From Cenococcum geophilum (Eukaryota): a stretch of 64,000 bases of DNA. Below are positions 63,937 through 64,000 of this stretch, piece after piece. Made by a program: the position numbers and the translations under genes. The DNA is taken from the NCBI GenBank assembly GCA_050273025.1, contig CP158635.1, positions 24,304,001 through 24,368,000 of the forward strand, given 5' to 3'. Each line of letters opens with the position of its first letter. Position 1 is the stretch's first letter. The notes under the pieces were generated by a model. That model had not been told where the DNA came from, did not search any database, and saw nothing but the letters and a program-made list of their open reading frames with translations.

Positions 63937-64000
63937 GCCCGTTTAGGTGTTATAAATTTAGAGTAACATTACGCGACCGTCCAGAAGTACCGATCTAACA

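Overview
Filamentous-ascomycete repeat-rich DNA. About 95% is transposon-derived and heavily mutated by RIP (CpA>TpA / TpG>TpA; in-frame TAA/TAG at Gln/Trp codons). One intact host gene (DUF1749/UPF0613 alpha/beta-hydrolase, 27784-28713) lies in a 4.9-kb island bracketed by two inverted Crypton-type (Ndc10-like tyrosine recombinase + GCR1_C) elements. Each Crypton is split, at almost the same internal position, by a Gypsy element that hosts a deep nest: >=25.5 kb on the left and 26.7 kb on the right. Junctions and TSDs resolve four copies of one chromodomain Gypsy family (A), three other Gypsy-type elements, a younger Copia, two non-autonomous LTR elements, a 5'-truncated Tad-like LINE, a DD34E Tc1, several TIR elements carrying stacked minisatellites, and a hAT foldback MITE. 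The most notable signals are: (i) an antisense, apparently intron-containing Zn(II)2Cys6 + coiled-coil gene in the 3' region of Gypsy family A; (ii) a covarying palindrome shared by the 3' UTRs of unrelated LTR elements; (iii) the inverted Crypton pair with a common insertion hot spot; (iv) satellite-cargo TIR elements inserted at TA sites that appear RIP-created. Protein calls in RIP'd DNA come from manual back-translation, not database searches. Family letters are my own labels.
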